From positions 1 through 25,968 of the forward strand of contig JBFIQU010000001.1 of the NCBI GenBank assembly GCA_041609395.1: a DNA stretch of 25,968 bases, in the 5' to 3' direction. The translations under genes were made by a program, and so were the position numbers. Position 1 is the first letter of the stretch. Each line of letters starts with the position of its first letter. A model generated the notes under the pieces. It was not told the origin of the DNA. It worked only from the letters and a program-made list of their open reading frames with translations, and made no database searches. Positions 8,886-16,424 of the stretch are shown here, piece by piece. This stretch comes from Acidimicrobiia bacterium (GTDB taxonomy: Bacteria; Actinomycetota; Acidimicrobiia; Spongiisociales; JAOTWH01).

Positions 8886-9944
8886 TCACGAGAGTGGCCC
8901 GTCGGCATCGGACGGATCGGGGAACATCACGACCTTGCCGCACTCGCCGGATGCCATTAGATCGAACGCCCGCTCGAAGTCGTCGAGTGCAAACCGGTGG
9001 GTGACGAGAGGTTCGAGATCCACCAAGCCGGAACGCAACAGCGCCCGGGCCTGGAACCAGGTCTCCCACAACCGGCGGCCGAAGATGCCGTAGACCGTCG
9101 CCCCCTTGAAGATGACGGCGTCGTCGATATCGAAGAGGATCGGCGCCGACGTCAAGCCAAGCAAGGCAGCTTCGCCGCCCGGCTTCAGGAGATGAAAGCC
9201 CTGCTCGATGGCCCGGGGCGAACCCGACATCTCGAGAAGAACATCGATGCCCTCACCGTCCGTCGCCTCCGCCACGACACGTTCGACGTCTTCGGTGGCA
9301 GCGTCGATCACCAGGTCCGCCCCCATTCGCTTCGCCATGTCGAGCCGGTACGGACGGACATCGGTCGCATAGACGGCGCGGGCGCCGAGCGCTTTGGCCA
9401 CCGCAACGGTCATGACCCCGACCGGTCCGCATCCTGTGACCAGCGCCTTCTTCCCGGCCACCTGCGGTACGGAGGCGGTGTGCACGGCGTTCCCGAAATT
9501 CTCCTGCAACGAGGCGATCGAATACGACATGTCGGGAGGATCGACCCAGGCGTTGGCGGCCGGAACCGTCACGAACTCGGCGAATACCCCGTCGCGGTGG
9601 ACACCGAGGATCTCGGTTCGCTCACAGAGGTGTCCCTTGCCGGTTCGGCAGTAGTTGCAGGAGGTGCATACCACGTGTGACTCGACCGAGACCAGGGACC
9701 CGATGGGTGGCGCAGACACGCCCGGGCCGTGCCCGACCACGACGCCGCAAACTTCGTGGCCGACGACCAGGGGCTGGTTGACGTGCTCGGCGGCCCACTC
9801 ATCCCATTCCCGAATGTGCAGATCGGTGCCGCAGATCGAGGCGGCCTTGACGTGAAGGAGAACCTCACCAGGGCCCGGCTCCGGATCGGGGATCTCGACC
9901 AACTCGAGGCCGGGGTGGGGTCCGGTTTTCATGACCGCCTTCAC
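8886..9944 (-). CDS. tdh: L-threonine 3-dehydrogenase (Zn-dependent MDR family)
   Basis: ASICGTDLHI, GHEVCG, structural-Zn cysteines CTSCNYC...HLC, GCGPVG, GATVYGIFGR. Start re-called at GTG 9944 (MKAVMKTG...). Confidence 0.93.
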   Translation of the reverse strand: MKAVMKTGPHPGLELVEIPDPEPGPGEVLLHVKAASICGTDLHIREWDEWAAEHVNQPLVVGHEVCGVVVGHGPGVSAPPIGSLVSVESHVVCTSCNYCRTGKGHLCERTEILGVHRDGVFAEFVTVPAANAWVDPPDMSYSIASLQENFGNAVHTASVPQVAGKKALVTGCGPVGVMTVAVAKALGARAVYATDVRPYRLDMAKRMGADLVIDAATEDVERVVAEATDGEGIDVLLEMSGSPRAIEQGFHLLKPGGEAALLGLTSAPILFDIDDAVIFKGATVYGIFGRRLWETWFQARALLRSGLVDLEPLVTHRFALDDFERAFDLMASGECGKVVMFPDPSDADGPLS

Positions 9945-9951
9945 GCAAACG

Positions 9952-9957
9952 AGGCTA
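9952..9957 (-). promoter_or_regulatory. Putative -10 TAGCCT for a leaderless tdh-kbl transcript
   Basis: TAGCCT-CGTTTGC-GTG, a 7-nt spacer. Confidence 0.6.
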
Positions 9958-10006
9958 ACGCAGGACGGCCGATACAGGCGGGCGCAGCCCAATATCGTTC
10001 TCAACA

Positions 10007-11026
10007 ATGACCGAACCGACATCCCGCAGGCGCTGGGCCCGGCCACTGCTGTCTGCGGCCGTCGCCCTCGTGCTGATCGTGGGAGTGTTGCCGCGCCTCG
10101 CCGATTTCTCCGCCGTCTGGACTGCTCTAGCCCGGCTGGAGGGCGGTGAGATCGCCGCCCTCGGCCTGATCGCGACCTGGAATCTGACATCGAGTGTGCT
10201 GCCGATGCTGGCCGCCCTCCCGGGACTGCGGATCGGCCATGCCTTCGTTGCCTCGCAGCTGGCGACGGCCGTCACCAACACCGTTCCCGGCGGCAGCGCA
10301 CTCGGGGTCGGAATCACGTATGCGGTGTTCTCATCCTTTGGCCATACGGGGACCGCGATCGGGCTGGCGGCCGTGGTCACGGGCCTGTGGAACACGATGG
10401 TCGTTTTCGGCCTTCCGGCGGTGGCTCTGCTGATCCTGGCCGCTCAAGGTGTCACCAGCCCGGCGCTGTTGTCGGCGGCCGGATTCGGTGCGCTGCTGCT
10501 CGTTGGTGCGCTGGCCACGCTGGTGCTGGTCCTCGCCGCCGACCGGCTGGCCCACCGGGCGGGGGAGGTGGCCGGGCGGATCGCCACTGCCGTCGGGGGC
10601 TGGTTCCGTCGCGGACCGTACCGGGGGTGGGGGGACAGGTTCTCCGCCTTCCGCCGCGACAGCATCGACCTCCTGCGACGACGCTGGGTCGGACTGACCG
10701 CCGGGACGGTCGTCAGCCACCTGTCGATGTATGCCGTGCTCCTGGCGTCGCTGCGGTTCCTCGGCATCGACGGGAGTGCGGTGACCAACGCTGAGGCCCT
10801 CGGGGCATTCGCCGTGGTGCGTCTGGCAACCGCGGTGCCGATCACCCCGGGAGGGCTCGGGATCGTCGAGGTCGGCCTGACTGCGGCACTCGTCGTGGCG
10901 GGAGGCAGTCGCGAGCCCGTCGTCGCCGCCGTACTGCTGTACCGCGGGTTGACGTTCCTCGTTCAGGTCCCCCTCGGTGCCGCGGCGTACGCCGTCTGGG
11001 CAAAGGTGATGCGCACGCGGGCGTGA
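10007..11026 (+). CDS. YbhN / lysylphosphatidylglycerol synthase TM-domain (flippase-like) membrane protein
   Basis: Multiple TM segments, NTVPGG motif, PITPGGLGIVE and LLYRGLTF, typical of UPF0104. Confidence 0.85.
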   Translation: MTEPTSRRRWARPLLSAAVALVLIVGVLPRLADFSAVWTALARLEGGEIAALGLIATWNLTSSVLPMLAALPGLRIGHAFVASQLATAVTNTVPGGSALGVGITYAVFSSFGHTGTAIGLAAVVTGLWNTMVVFGLPAVALLILAAQGVTSPALLSAAGFGALLLVGALATLVLVLAADRLAHRAGEVAGRIATAVGGWFRRGPYRGWGDRFSAFRRDSIDLLRRRWVGLTAGTVVSHLSMYAVLLASLRFLGIDGSAVTNAEALGAFAVVRLATAVPITPGGLGIVEVGLTAALVVAGGSREPVVAAVLLYRGLTFLVQVPLGAAAYAVWAKVMRTRA

Positions 11027-11033
11027 TGCCGGG

Positions 11034-11312
11034 TCAGCTCGCCTTGCGCCGCTCCCGAACGAAGTCGCGGCGATATTTGCGCCGCTCGGCGGGGGTGTGG
11101 CCGCCCCAGATGCCCTCGGTCTGGTTGGTTTCGACGGCATAGCTGAGACACTCGGCCCTGACCGGACACGCCGCACAGATCTCTTTGGCGGCGCTCATCG
11201 TGGCCACGTCCTCGCTCCCGGTGGGGAAGAACAGCGCGTTGTCGGCGCCGTTGCATGCAGCGAGATCGCGCCAATCGGCGTCATCGAGTAGGGCTTCGAG
11301 ACTCCAGGCCAT
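11034..11312 (-). CDS. whiB: WhiB-family Fe-S transcription factor (WhiB1/WblE-like by inference)
   Basis: Four cysteines (AAC...EICAACPVRAEC), a GIWGG turn and a basic tail. Start set at ATG 11312 after RBS GAGAGG; ATG 11333 is the alternative. Confidence 0.92.
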   Translation of the reverse strand: MAWSLEALLDDADWRDLAACNGADNALFFPTGSEDVATMSAAKEICAACPVRAECLSYAVETNQTEGIWGGHTPAERRKYRRDFVRERRKAS

Positions 11313-11345
11313 GTCGTGAATCGTTCCTCTCATCCGAGTAGACCT

Positions 11346-11373
11346 TCAACGTGCAACCCGCCGCACTCATTCC
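11346..11373 (-). promoter_or_regulatory. ECF sigma (SigH/SigR/SigE-type) promoter upstream of whiB
   Basis: Minus strand GGAAT-GAGTGCGGCGGGTTGCAC(18 nt)-GTTGA matches the actinobacterial GGAAy-N18-GTT consensus. Confidence 0.7.
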
Positions 11374-11459
11374 CGATTCGGCACGGCACGTCTCGATCAG
11401 GAGCACCATTCCGAAATGGTCAACCGGCTAGTTCCCGGGCGGTGCCCGGTGCTCGCGAG

Positions 11460-12224
11460 CTACCAGCGCACCGAGAGGCAGGTGAGCCCGCCGTCGGCGC
11501 GTTCGAACTCGGAAACGTCGACTGCAACCGGCTCGAAACCTGCGGCCTCCAGGATCTGAGCCGTATGTGGATACCCGTCCGGCACGAGCACGGTGTTCGT
11601 GTCGGGGACATCGACGACGTTGGCAGCACCGTCCTCTCCGGCAGCCACCGCAACGGCTGCACGGCCGGCGAAAGGTCGCGGATCCACGAACCCCGGAGCC
11701 ACGAGCACCGTTCGGTCGTCGAGCCGGTTCACGGCCGATTTGAGATGGAGACCTCGGTCGACCTCGACCGGAACCGTCGAATGGCCGGCGCGGAACGCGA
11801 TTCGCCCGAGAACCTCGATTCCGGCGGCGTTTGTGCGGCGTGACGCTCCCACGAACACCGTCCTCCCGAGCACGAGGACATCACCGCCGTCGAGCGTCGC
11901 CGGGGGCTCCATGGTGACGACCTCGAAATGCTGGGTGAGGGCATCCGCGACCGCGGAGGTTTCCCCGCGCCGCGAGGGATGACCGGGACGGGTCACCAGG
12001 GCTATCTCACCGAGGATCACGGCCGTGTCCTCCACGAACGGACAGTCGGGCATGGCGGGGTCGGCGTCGACGGAACGGAGTGCGTAACCGGCCGCGGCCA
12101 GGGCCCGGCAATAGTCATCGTGCTGTCTCGCCGCCAGGTCGGGATCGGGATCAGGACCGGCGGAACCGGTCCGCACGGCGTTCCCGAACGTCTCCGGTAC
12201 CCGGCGCACCAGGGCGACCGGCAT
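11460..12224 (-). CDS. ddaH: Dimethylarginine dimethylaminohydrolase-like (amidinotransferase/pentein fold) hydrolase
   Basis: FVEDTAV, SRRGE, LDGGDVL, HLKS and GGLTCLS give a complete Asp-His-Cys set. Start is ATG 12224 (or GTG 12233). Confidence 0.85.
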   Translation of the reverse strand: MPVALVRRVPETFGNAVRTGSAGPDPDPDLAARQHDDYCRALAAAGYALRSVDADPAMPDCPFVEDTAVILGEIALVTRPGHPSRRGETSAVADALTQHFEVVTMEPPATLDGGDVLVLGRTVFVGASRRTNAAGIEVLGRIAFRAGHSTVPVEVDRGLHLKSAVNRLDDRTVLVAPGFVDPRPFAGRAAVAVAAGEDGAANVVDVPDTNTVLVPDGYPHTAQILEAAGFEPVAVDVSEFERADGGLTCLSVRW

Positions 12225-12237
12225 CGCTACCACCGGT

Positions 12238-12726
12238 TCACAGGTAGACGCCGTGCCCTTCGTCCTCGGCGGTGGCGTTCCCGAGCGCCCGCCGGCCCCG
12301 CATCTGTTCCAGCTGAGCCCGGGTGGCGAGCTGCTGGCTGAACAGCGCGGCTTGTATCCCGTTGAAGAGGCCTTCCAGCCAACCGACGAGCTGAGCCTGG
12401 GCCACCCGCAGCTCGGCCTGCGAGGGGGTGGCGTCTTCGTTCCACGGCACGAACATCTCTTCGAGTTCGGCTCGCAGATCTTCTGACACGACCTCGCTGA
12501 GTTCGTCGAGCGATCGCTCGTAGATCTCTGATATGCGACGGCGCCCGGCCTCGTCGAGCGGTGCCGACCGTGCTTCTTCCAGCATGGCGCGGGTCATCGA
12601 AGCGATGCGGATGAGCTTGGAGCCGTCGACGACCGTCGGGGCGTTCTCCTCGGTCCCGGCCTCGGCCGCTTCGACCGCGTCGGGAGCGACGGCTTCACTG
12701 ACCGGCTGCGTAGGGTCCTGTTCCAT
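12238..12726 (-). CDS. bpa: Bacterial proteasome activator Bpa/PafE
   Basis: KLIRIASM..AMLEE...LDEAGRRR...Y, ELRVAQAQLVGWLEGLFNGIQAAL and C-terminal GVYL. Start is ATG 12726 (MEQDPTQ...). Confidence 0.93.
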   Translation of the reverse strand: MEQDPTQPVSEAVAPDAVEAAEAGTEENAPTVVDGSKLIRIASMTRAMLEEARSAPLDEAGRRRISEIYERSLDELSEVVSEDLRAELEEMFVPWNEDATPSQAELRVAQAQLVGWLEGLFNGIQAALFSQQLATRAQLEQMRGRRALGNATAEDEGHGVYL

Positions 12727-12733
12727 CGAGGCC

Positions 12734-12739
12734 AGCTTA
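12734..12739 (-). promoter_or_regulatory. Putative -10 TAAGCT for a leaderless bpa transcript
   Basis: TAAGCT-GGCCTCG-ATG, a 7-nt spacer. Confidence 0.6.
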
Positions 12740-12769
12740 CCGAGGCCCGTACCCGTGTCCGACCCGGGA

Positions 12770-14260
12770 TCATCCCGCCTCGGGCCACCACCCCGTCTCG
12801 GGATGATTGCCGTACCAGGCGAACCAGAACGACTGACCGCTCTGGATGCGGGAGAGGCTGCGACCGTTGCTGAGTGTGATACCGGTGTCGCCGACCACCG
12901 CCACCGGCCCCTCGCCGGCATCCTCATGGCCGAGAGCAGCGGCGATCTCGAAGAACTCGAGGTCGTCGAGGAAGGCGCCGTCGTCGGTGGCAAAGATCTG
13001 TCCGCCCCCGCTGGTCGGCACCACGACGATGGTGTGGCCCCCCGTCGTGCCCGAAATCCGGAACTCCTGCGGACCGCGCTCGCCCAGTCGGGTGACGGCG
13101 AAGGCGAACTGCACCCCGTCGTAATCCAGGGTGATCACCTCTTCCTTGGGCGGGAACGGACCCGGTGCGGCGAACGTCGGGAACCACAGTTCCGGGCCGG
13201 CGTAGTACTCGGCGTAGGCATCACCGGGGATGTACGAGTACTGATTCCCTTCGGGTATGGCGACGACGTCGGTCCCGGGATGGGTGGCTATCCAGTCGCC
13301 GTAGGTCGTCACGGTCATGAAGAAGCGATCCAGTTCGGTGCCGGCCAGCGGCCCGGCGATTGCGATCCCGGTCAGCTGTTCCCACAGCGAGTTCGTCTGG
13401 CGGTCGACCATCACTTTGTTGGAGTTCGTGAGCAGCCCCGAACTCTCGAAGTCCAGGATCCGGTCACCGACTCGACGGGAGTAGAGAATCCCCGTACGGC
13501 ACAGGGTGCAATTGGCCAGTGCCACCGGTTCTCCGCCGAGCGTGTCGTTGGCGAGTTCGTGGTGGTCGAGGATGCGATGCGGATAGGCCCGCGCGCTTCC
13601 GTTGATGACGGCGCCGAACGTGAGTTCATCCCCGGTCATGTGCGTCGCGGCTGCGATGTCGATCGTGGCCGGGCTGTTCAGCTCCGGGATGCCACCCCGC
13701 ACAACCCCGCCCCACTGCAGCCGGCTCGCGGTCACGCCATCGTCGACTTGTGCGAGGAGGCGTTCGAACTCCGTGTCGATGAGGCCGTAGAGCCGTGGCT
13801 TCCATTCGAGGTAGTCGACGCCGGGTTCGGAGTCGTTGCGATAGACCCAACTTCCGTAATGGAGGAAGAGCGCATCGATGTCGTCGGGTGGGTCCTCGCC
13901 GGTCAGAGCAGCAAGCGCACCCACGACCTGCCCCAGCGCGTCTCCGGGCCCCACAAACGGAAGCAGATCGACGAGCCACGGAATCCAGCGGGGATCGCCC
14001 GAGTTGCCCATGGCTTCGGCGGCAACCACTACCGACAGCTGGCTCCGCTCGTCGAGGATGGCGAAGGCGGCCTCACCGGGATCGGCACCGAAGATGTCGG
14101 TCGGTGTGCTCGATGTCGTGGTCGGCGGCGGCGCAGTCGTCGTGGTCGTGGTGGCCGAGATCGGGGCCGCTGCGGCCGGATCCTGAACCTGATCATCACC
14201 GAGAACGAAGGTCGCGCCGGCAAACAGGGCGAGAGCGGCGGTGAACGAGAGAACCTTCAC
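12770..14260 (-). CDS. DUF3179 domain protein, exported, with a CxxC motif
   Basis: WGGV..GGIPELNSP, CTLCRTG, SGLLTNSNKVMVDRQTNSLWEQLTG..I.G and FWFAWY.NHP. N-terminal hydrophobic signal plus a Thr/Pro-rich linker. Start re-called at GTG 14260, which removes the overlap with polX. Confidence 0.85.
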   Translation of the reverse strand: MKVLSFTAALALFAGATFVLGDDQVQDPAAAAPISATTTTTTAPPPTTTSSTPTDIFGADPGEAAFAILDERSQLSVVVAAEAMGNSGDPRWIPWLVDLLPFVGPGDALGQVVGALAALTGEDPPDDIDALFLHYGSWVYRNDSEPGVDYLEWKPRLYGLIDTEFERLLAQVDDGVTASRLQWGGVVRGGIPELNSPATIDIAAATHMTGDELTFGAVINGSARAYPHRILDHHELANDTLGGEPVALANCTLCRTGILYSRRVGDRILDFESSGLLTNSNKVMVDRQTNSLWEQLTGIAIAGPLAGTELDRFFMTVTTYGDWIATHPGTDVVAIPEGNQYSYIPGDAYAEYYAGPELWFPTFAAPGPFPPKEEVITLDYDGVQFAFAVTRLGERGPQEFRISGTTGGHTIVVVPTSGGGQIFATDDGAFLDDLEFFEIAAALGHEDAGEGPVAVVGDTGITLSNGRSLSRIQSGQSFWFAWYGNHPETGWWPEAG

Positions 14261-14267
14261 GTTCGGG

Positions 14268-14295
14268 TCAACGCCAGTCGGAACCGGTTCGTTCC
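14268..14295 (-). promoter_or_regulatory. ECF sigma (SigH/SigR/SigE-type) promoter giving a leaderless DUF3179 transcript
   Basis: GGAAC-GAACCGGTTCCGACTGGC(18 nt)-GTTGA-CCCGAAC-GTG. Confidence 0.7.
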
Positions 14296-14304
14296 ACCGG
14301 GCCG

Positions 14305-16044
14305 TCAGCCACGACGACGGGCGACCCAGGACATGAAGTCGGCGACGGGCCAGGTATTGGCGATCTGACGCCGCTCGATCCACGCCCGCTGCGCGTGGCC
14401 GACGCCCCAGGTCACCCGGCGGAAGTCGTCGCTGTGGTGGGCGTCGGTGTCGATGACGAAGACGATGTTGCGCTCCCGCGCCCGCACCAGCACGTCGTGC
14501 GACGCGTCCAGGCGTTCGAGAGCGCCGTTGATCTCGAGGGCACAGCCCGTCGCTTCGGCGGCGTCGAGAACCGCATCGACGTCGAACTCGATCCCCGGCC
14601 GCCGTCCCAGCATCCTGCCCGACAGGTGCCCGATGGCCCCCACGAACGGATTGTGCATGGCGGTGATGAGCCGTTCGGTCTGGTGCGCGGCGGGAAGATC
14701 GAAGTGGGAGTGCACACTGGCGATCGACCAGTCCAGACCGGCGAGCGTGTCGGGGTCGTAGTCCACGCTGCCATCCGGCGCGATGTTGAGCTCCGATCCC
14801 TGCAGGATCCGCAGTTCGGGATGGCGACCCTGAAGGCGGTCGATGCGTTGTCGCTGCCTGATGAGCTGCTCGCGGCTGATGCCGTTGATGGCCAGGTTCT
14901 CACCGTGGTCGGTGATGGCGATGTACTCCAACCCCCGCTCCGCAGCCGCCGCCACCATCTTCTCCAGGCTCATCCGACCGTCTCCCGACAGCGACGTGTG
15001 CACGTGGAGATCGCCCTTGATATCGGCCTCGGTGACCAGGTCGGGAAGCGTGCCGGCGGCGGCAGCCTCGATCTCACCGGCGTCCTCCCGTAGCGGCGGT
15101 GGAATGAACTCGAGATCGAGGGCTGCGTAGATCTCGTGTTCCGTGGCCGAGGCGACGACGTCACCGCTCTCGCTCTCTTCGAGCGCATACTCGTTGAGCA
15201 ACCAGCCCCGATCCATGGCGAGCTGCCGGAGCTTGATGTTGTGAGCTTTCGACCCTGTGAAGTAGAGCGTCGCCGCTCCGAACGACGCCGGCTCGACGAC
15301 GCGCAGGTCCACCTGGAGACCTTCCCGGGTGAGGATTGCAGCCTTGGTGTCGCCACGAGCGACGACCTCGTGAACGAGCCCGAGACCGACGAAGCGGTCC
15401 ATGACCGGACCGGCGTCGCCGGCGGCGACCACGACGTCGACATCACCGATGGTCTCGAGCATCCGGCGCAGGCTCCCGCAGTACTGCACGGCGGTCACCC
15501 CGGGAACCGCGCCGACGGCGTCCACCACCCGGGCCGCCACGCTCATCGCGGCCGCCGCCGGAGTTCTGCGGTCCTTGCCGTGCATCCCCAGACGTTCGAT
15601 GGCTTTGCCGATCTTCTCCTCGGTCTTGGCGCCGAGGCCCGGCAGGTCGCGCAGCTGCTCTCTTTGGATGGCGTCCCGCAGGCCGTCGAGATCCTCGATG
15701 CCGAGCCGGTCGCGCAACAACAGCAAGGTCTTGGGACCAAGGCCCGGGATTCGGGTGAGTTCCACAAATGGCGGCGGGTACGACGCGCGGAGAGCTTCGA
15801 GCTTCTGCATGGAGCCGGTCGTCACGAACTCCACGATCTTGTCCGCGGTGCTCTTGCCGATGCCCTTCACTGCCACCAGGTCGGCGTGACTCATGGTCGC
15901 GACGTCGCGATGCAGGTCGGCGACCGACTGACGGGCCGCTTCGTAGGCGCGTACCCGGAACGACTGCGCCGATTGGTCCTCGAGCTTGGTCAGGACGATC
16001 AGTTCGTCGAGCGCCGCTACGACGTCCCGATTGGTGACTCCCAC
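14305..16044 (-). CDS. polX: DNA polymerase X / PHP 3'-5' exonuclease
   Basis: HhH motifs GIGKSTA and GLGPKT, GSLRR, intact GDVD and VDLR aspartates, YFTGSKAHN, and PHP ligands DLHVHT, TDH, GSE, SVH, IGH and DTDAH. Confidence 0.95.
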   Translation of the reverse strand: MGVTNRDVVAALDELIVLTKLEDQSAQSFRVRAYEAARQSVADLHRDVATMSHADLVAVKGIGKSTADKIVEFVTTGSMQKLEALRASYPPPFVELTRIPGLGPKTLLLLRDRLGIEDLDGLRDAIQREQLRDLPGLGAKTEEKIGKAIERLGMHGKDRRTPAAAAMSVAARVVDAVGAVPGVTAVQYCGSLRRMLETIGDVDVVVAAGDAGPVMDRFVGLGLVHEVVARGDTKAAILTREGLQVDLRVVEPASFGAATLYFTGSKAHNIKLRQLAMDRGWLLNEYALEESESGDVVASATEHEIYAALDLEFIPPPLREDAGEIEAAAAGTLPDLVTEADIKGDLHVHTSLSGDGRMSLEKMVAAAAERGLEYIAITDHGENLAINGISREQLIRQRQRIDRLQGRHPELRILQGSELNIAPDGSVDYDPDTLAGLDWSIASVHSHFDLPAAHQTERLITAMHNPFVGAIGHLSGRMLGRRPGIEFDVDAVLDAAEATGCALEINGALERLDASHDVLVRARERNIVFVIDTDAHHSDDFRRVTWGVGHAQRAWIERRQIANTWPVADFMSWVARRRG

Positions 16045-16053
16045 GCCCCGGCG

Positions 16054-16422
16054 TCAGCCGAGACGGCGTCGGGTGCGGTTTCTCGTCCTGATGATGCTGC
16101 GGAACACGAGCATGGCCACGAGGACGAGGAGCTGTCCGCCGAGAATCACCCGGGTGAGGTCGATGGCCGGCTCCCACCTGACCCCGTCGTCGCTGAGGAC
16201 GAGAGCGCCGACCGGGCGGGCCACCAGTCCGTAGCCGCCGCCCGACCCGGCCGCACCGGACCCGTCGTCACCTCGTCCGCCCCCGGCACCGCCGGAGATC
16301 CGGGCGGCTGGGATGACGATGGTGCCGTTCCGCTCGACGGGATCGCCGAACACGATCTTGCCGGTGATTGGATTGTCGCGAACGTTGAGGAACTGGCTGA
16401 GGTCGACGTCGTCGAGCTGCAT
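16054..16422 (-). CDS. YtfJ/GerW-like small protein with a C-terminal TM helix
   Basis: VFGDPVERNGTIVIPAARISGGAGGG...GSGGGYG..ARPVGALVL....VRWEP pattern. Starts 2 nt after the WS/DGAT stop. Confidence 0.85.
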   Translation of the reverse strand: MQLDDVDLSQFLNVRDNPITGKIVFGDPVERNGTIVIPAARISGGAGGGRGDDGSGAAGSGGGYGLVARPVGALVLSDDGVRWEPAIDLTRVILGGQLLVLVAMLVFRSIIRTRNRTRRRLG

Positions 16423-16424
16423 CG

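Noticed and set aside
9945-10190. N-terminal extensions given by the track for tdh (to 10190), bpa (to 12993), DUF3179 (to 14383), SRAP (to 19967) and the propeller (from 19685)
   Set aside because: The extensions overlap neighbouring genes or promoters and lack family similarity. Internal starts match the family N-termini and the leaderless motifs.
11382-11415. Second possible ECF promoter upstream of whiB (GGAAT-N18-GTG)
   Set aside because: The -10 reads GTGC rather than GTT, so it is a weaker match than the site at 11346-11373.
12765-12807. Inverted repeats ATCATCCCG/CGGGATGAT and CGGGAT-C-ATCCCG around the DUF3179 stop
   Set aside because: They are mostly within coding sequence, have a 21-nt loop and no U-tract, and are compatible with chance at this GC content.
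13490-13515. Selenocysteine recoding in the DUF3179 CxxC
   Set aside because: Both positions are ordinary Cys codons in an uninterrupted frame.
14100-14170. Short GTC/GTG trinucleotide-like run
   Set aside because: It simply encodes the Thr/Pro-rich linker of DUF3179 and is not an independent repeat element.
14281-14295. GAAC/GTTC palindrome resembling a LexA SOS box near the polX end
   Set aside because: The spacing is N2 or N6 rather than the required GAAC-N4-GTTC. It is better explained as part of the ECF promoter.
12533-14368. 611-aa plus-strand ORF, and similarly 15136-16779 (+), 7594-9093 (+), 19847-21820 (-), 23073-24287 (+) and 1796-2683 (+)
   Set aside because: These are antisense shadows of well-supported genes. 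They have no recognisable motifs, and long stop-free antisense frames are expected in high-GC coding DNA.
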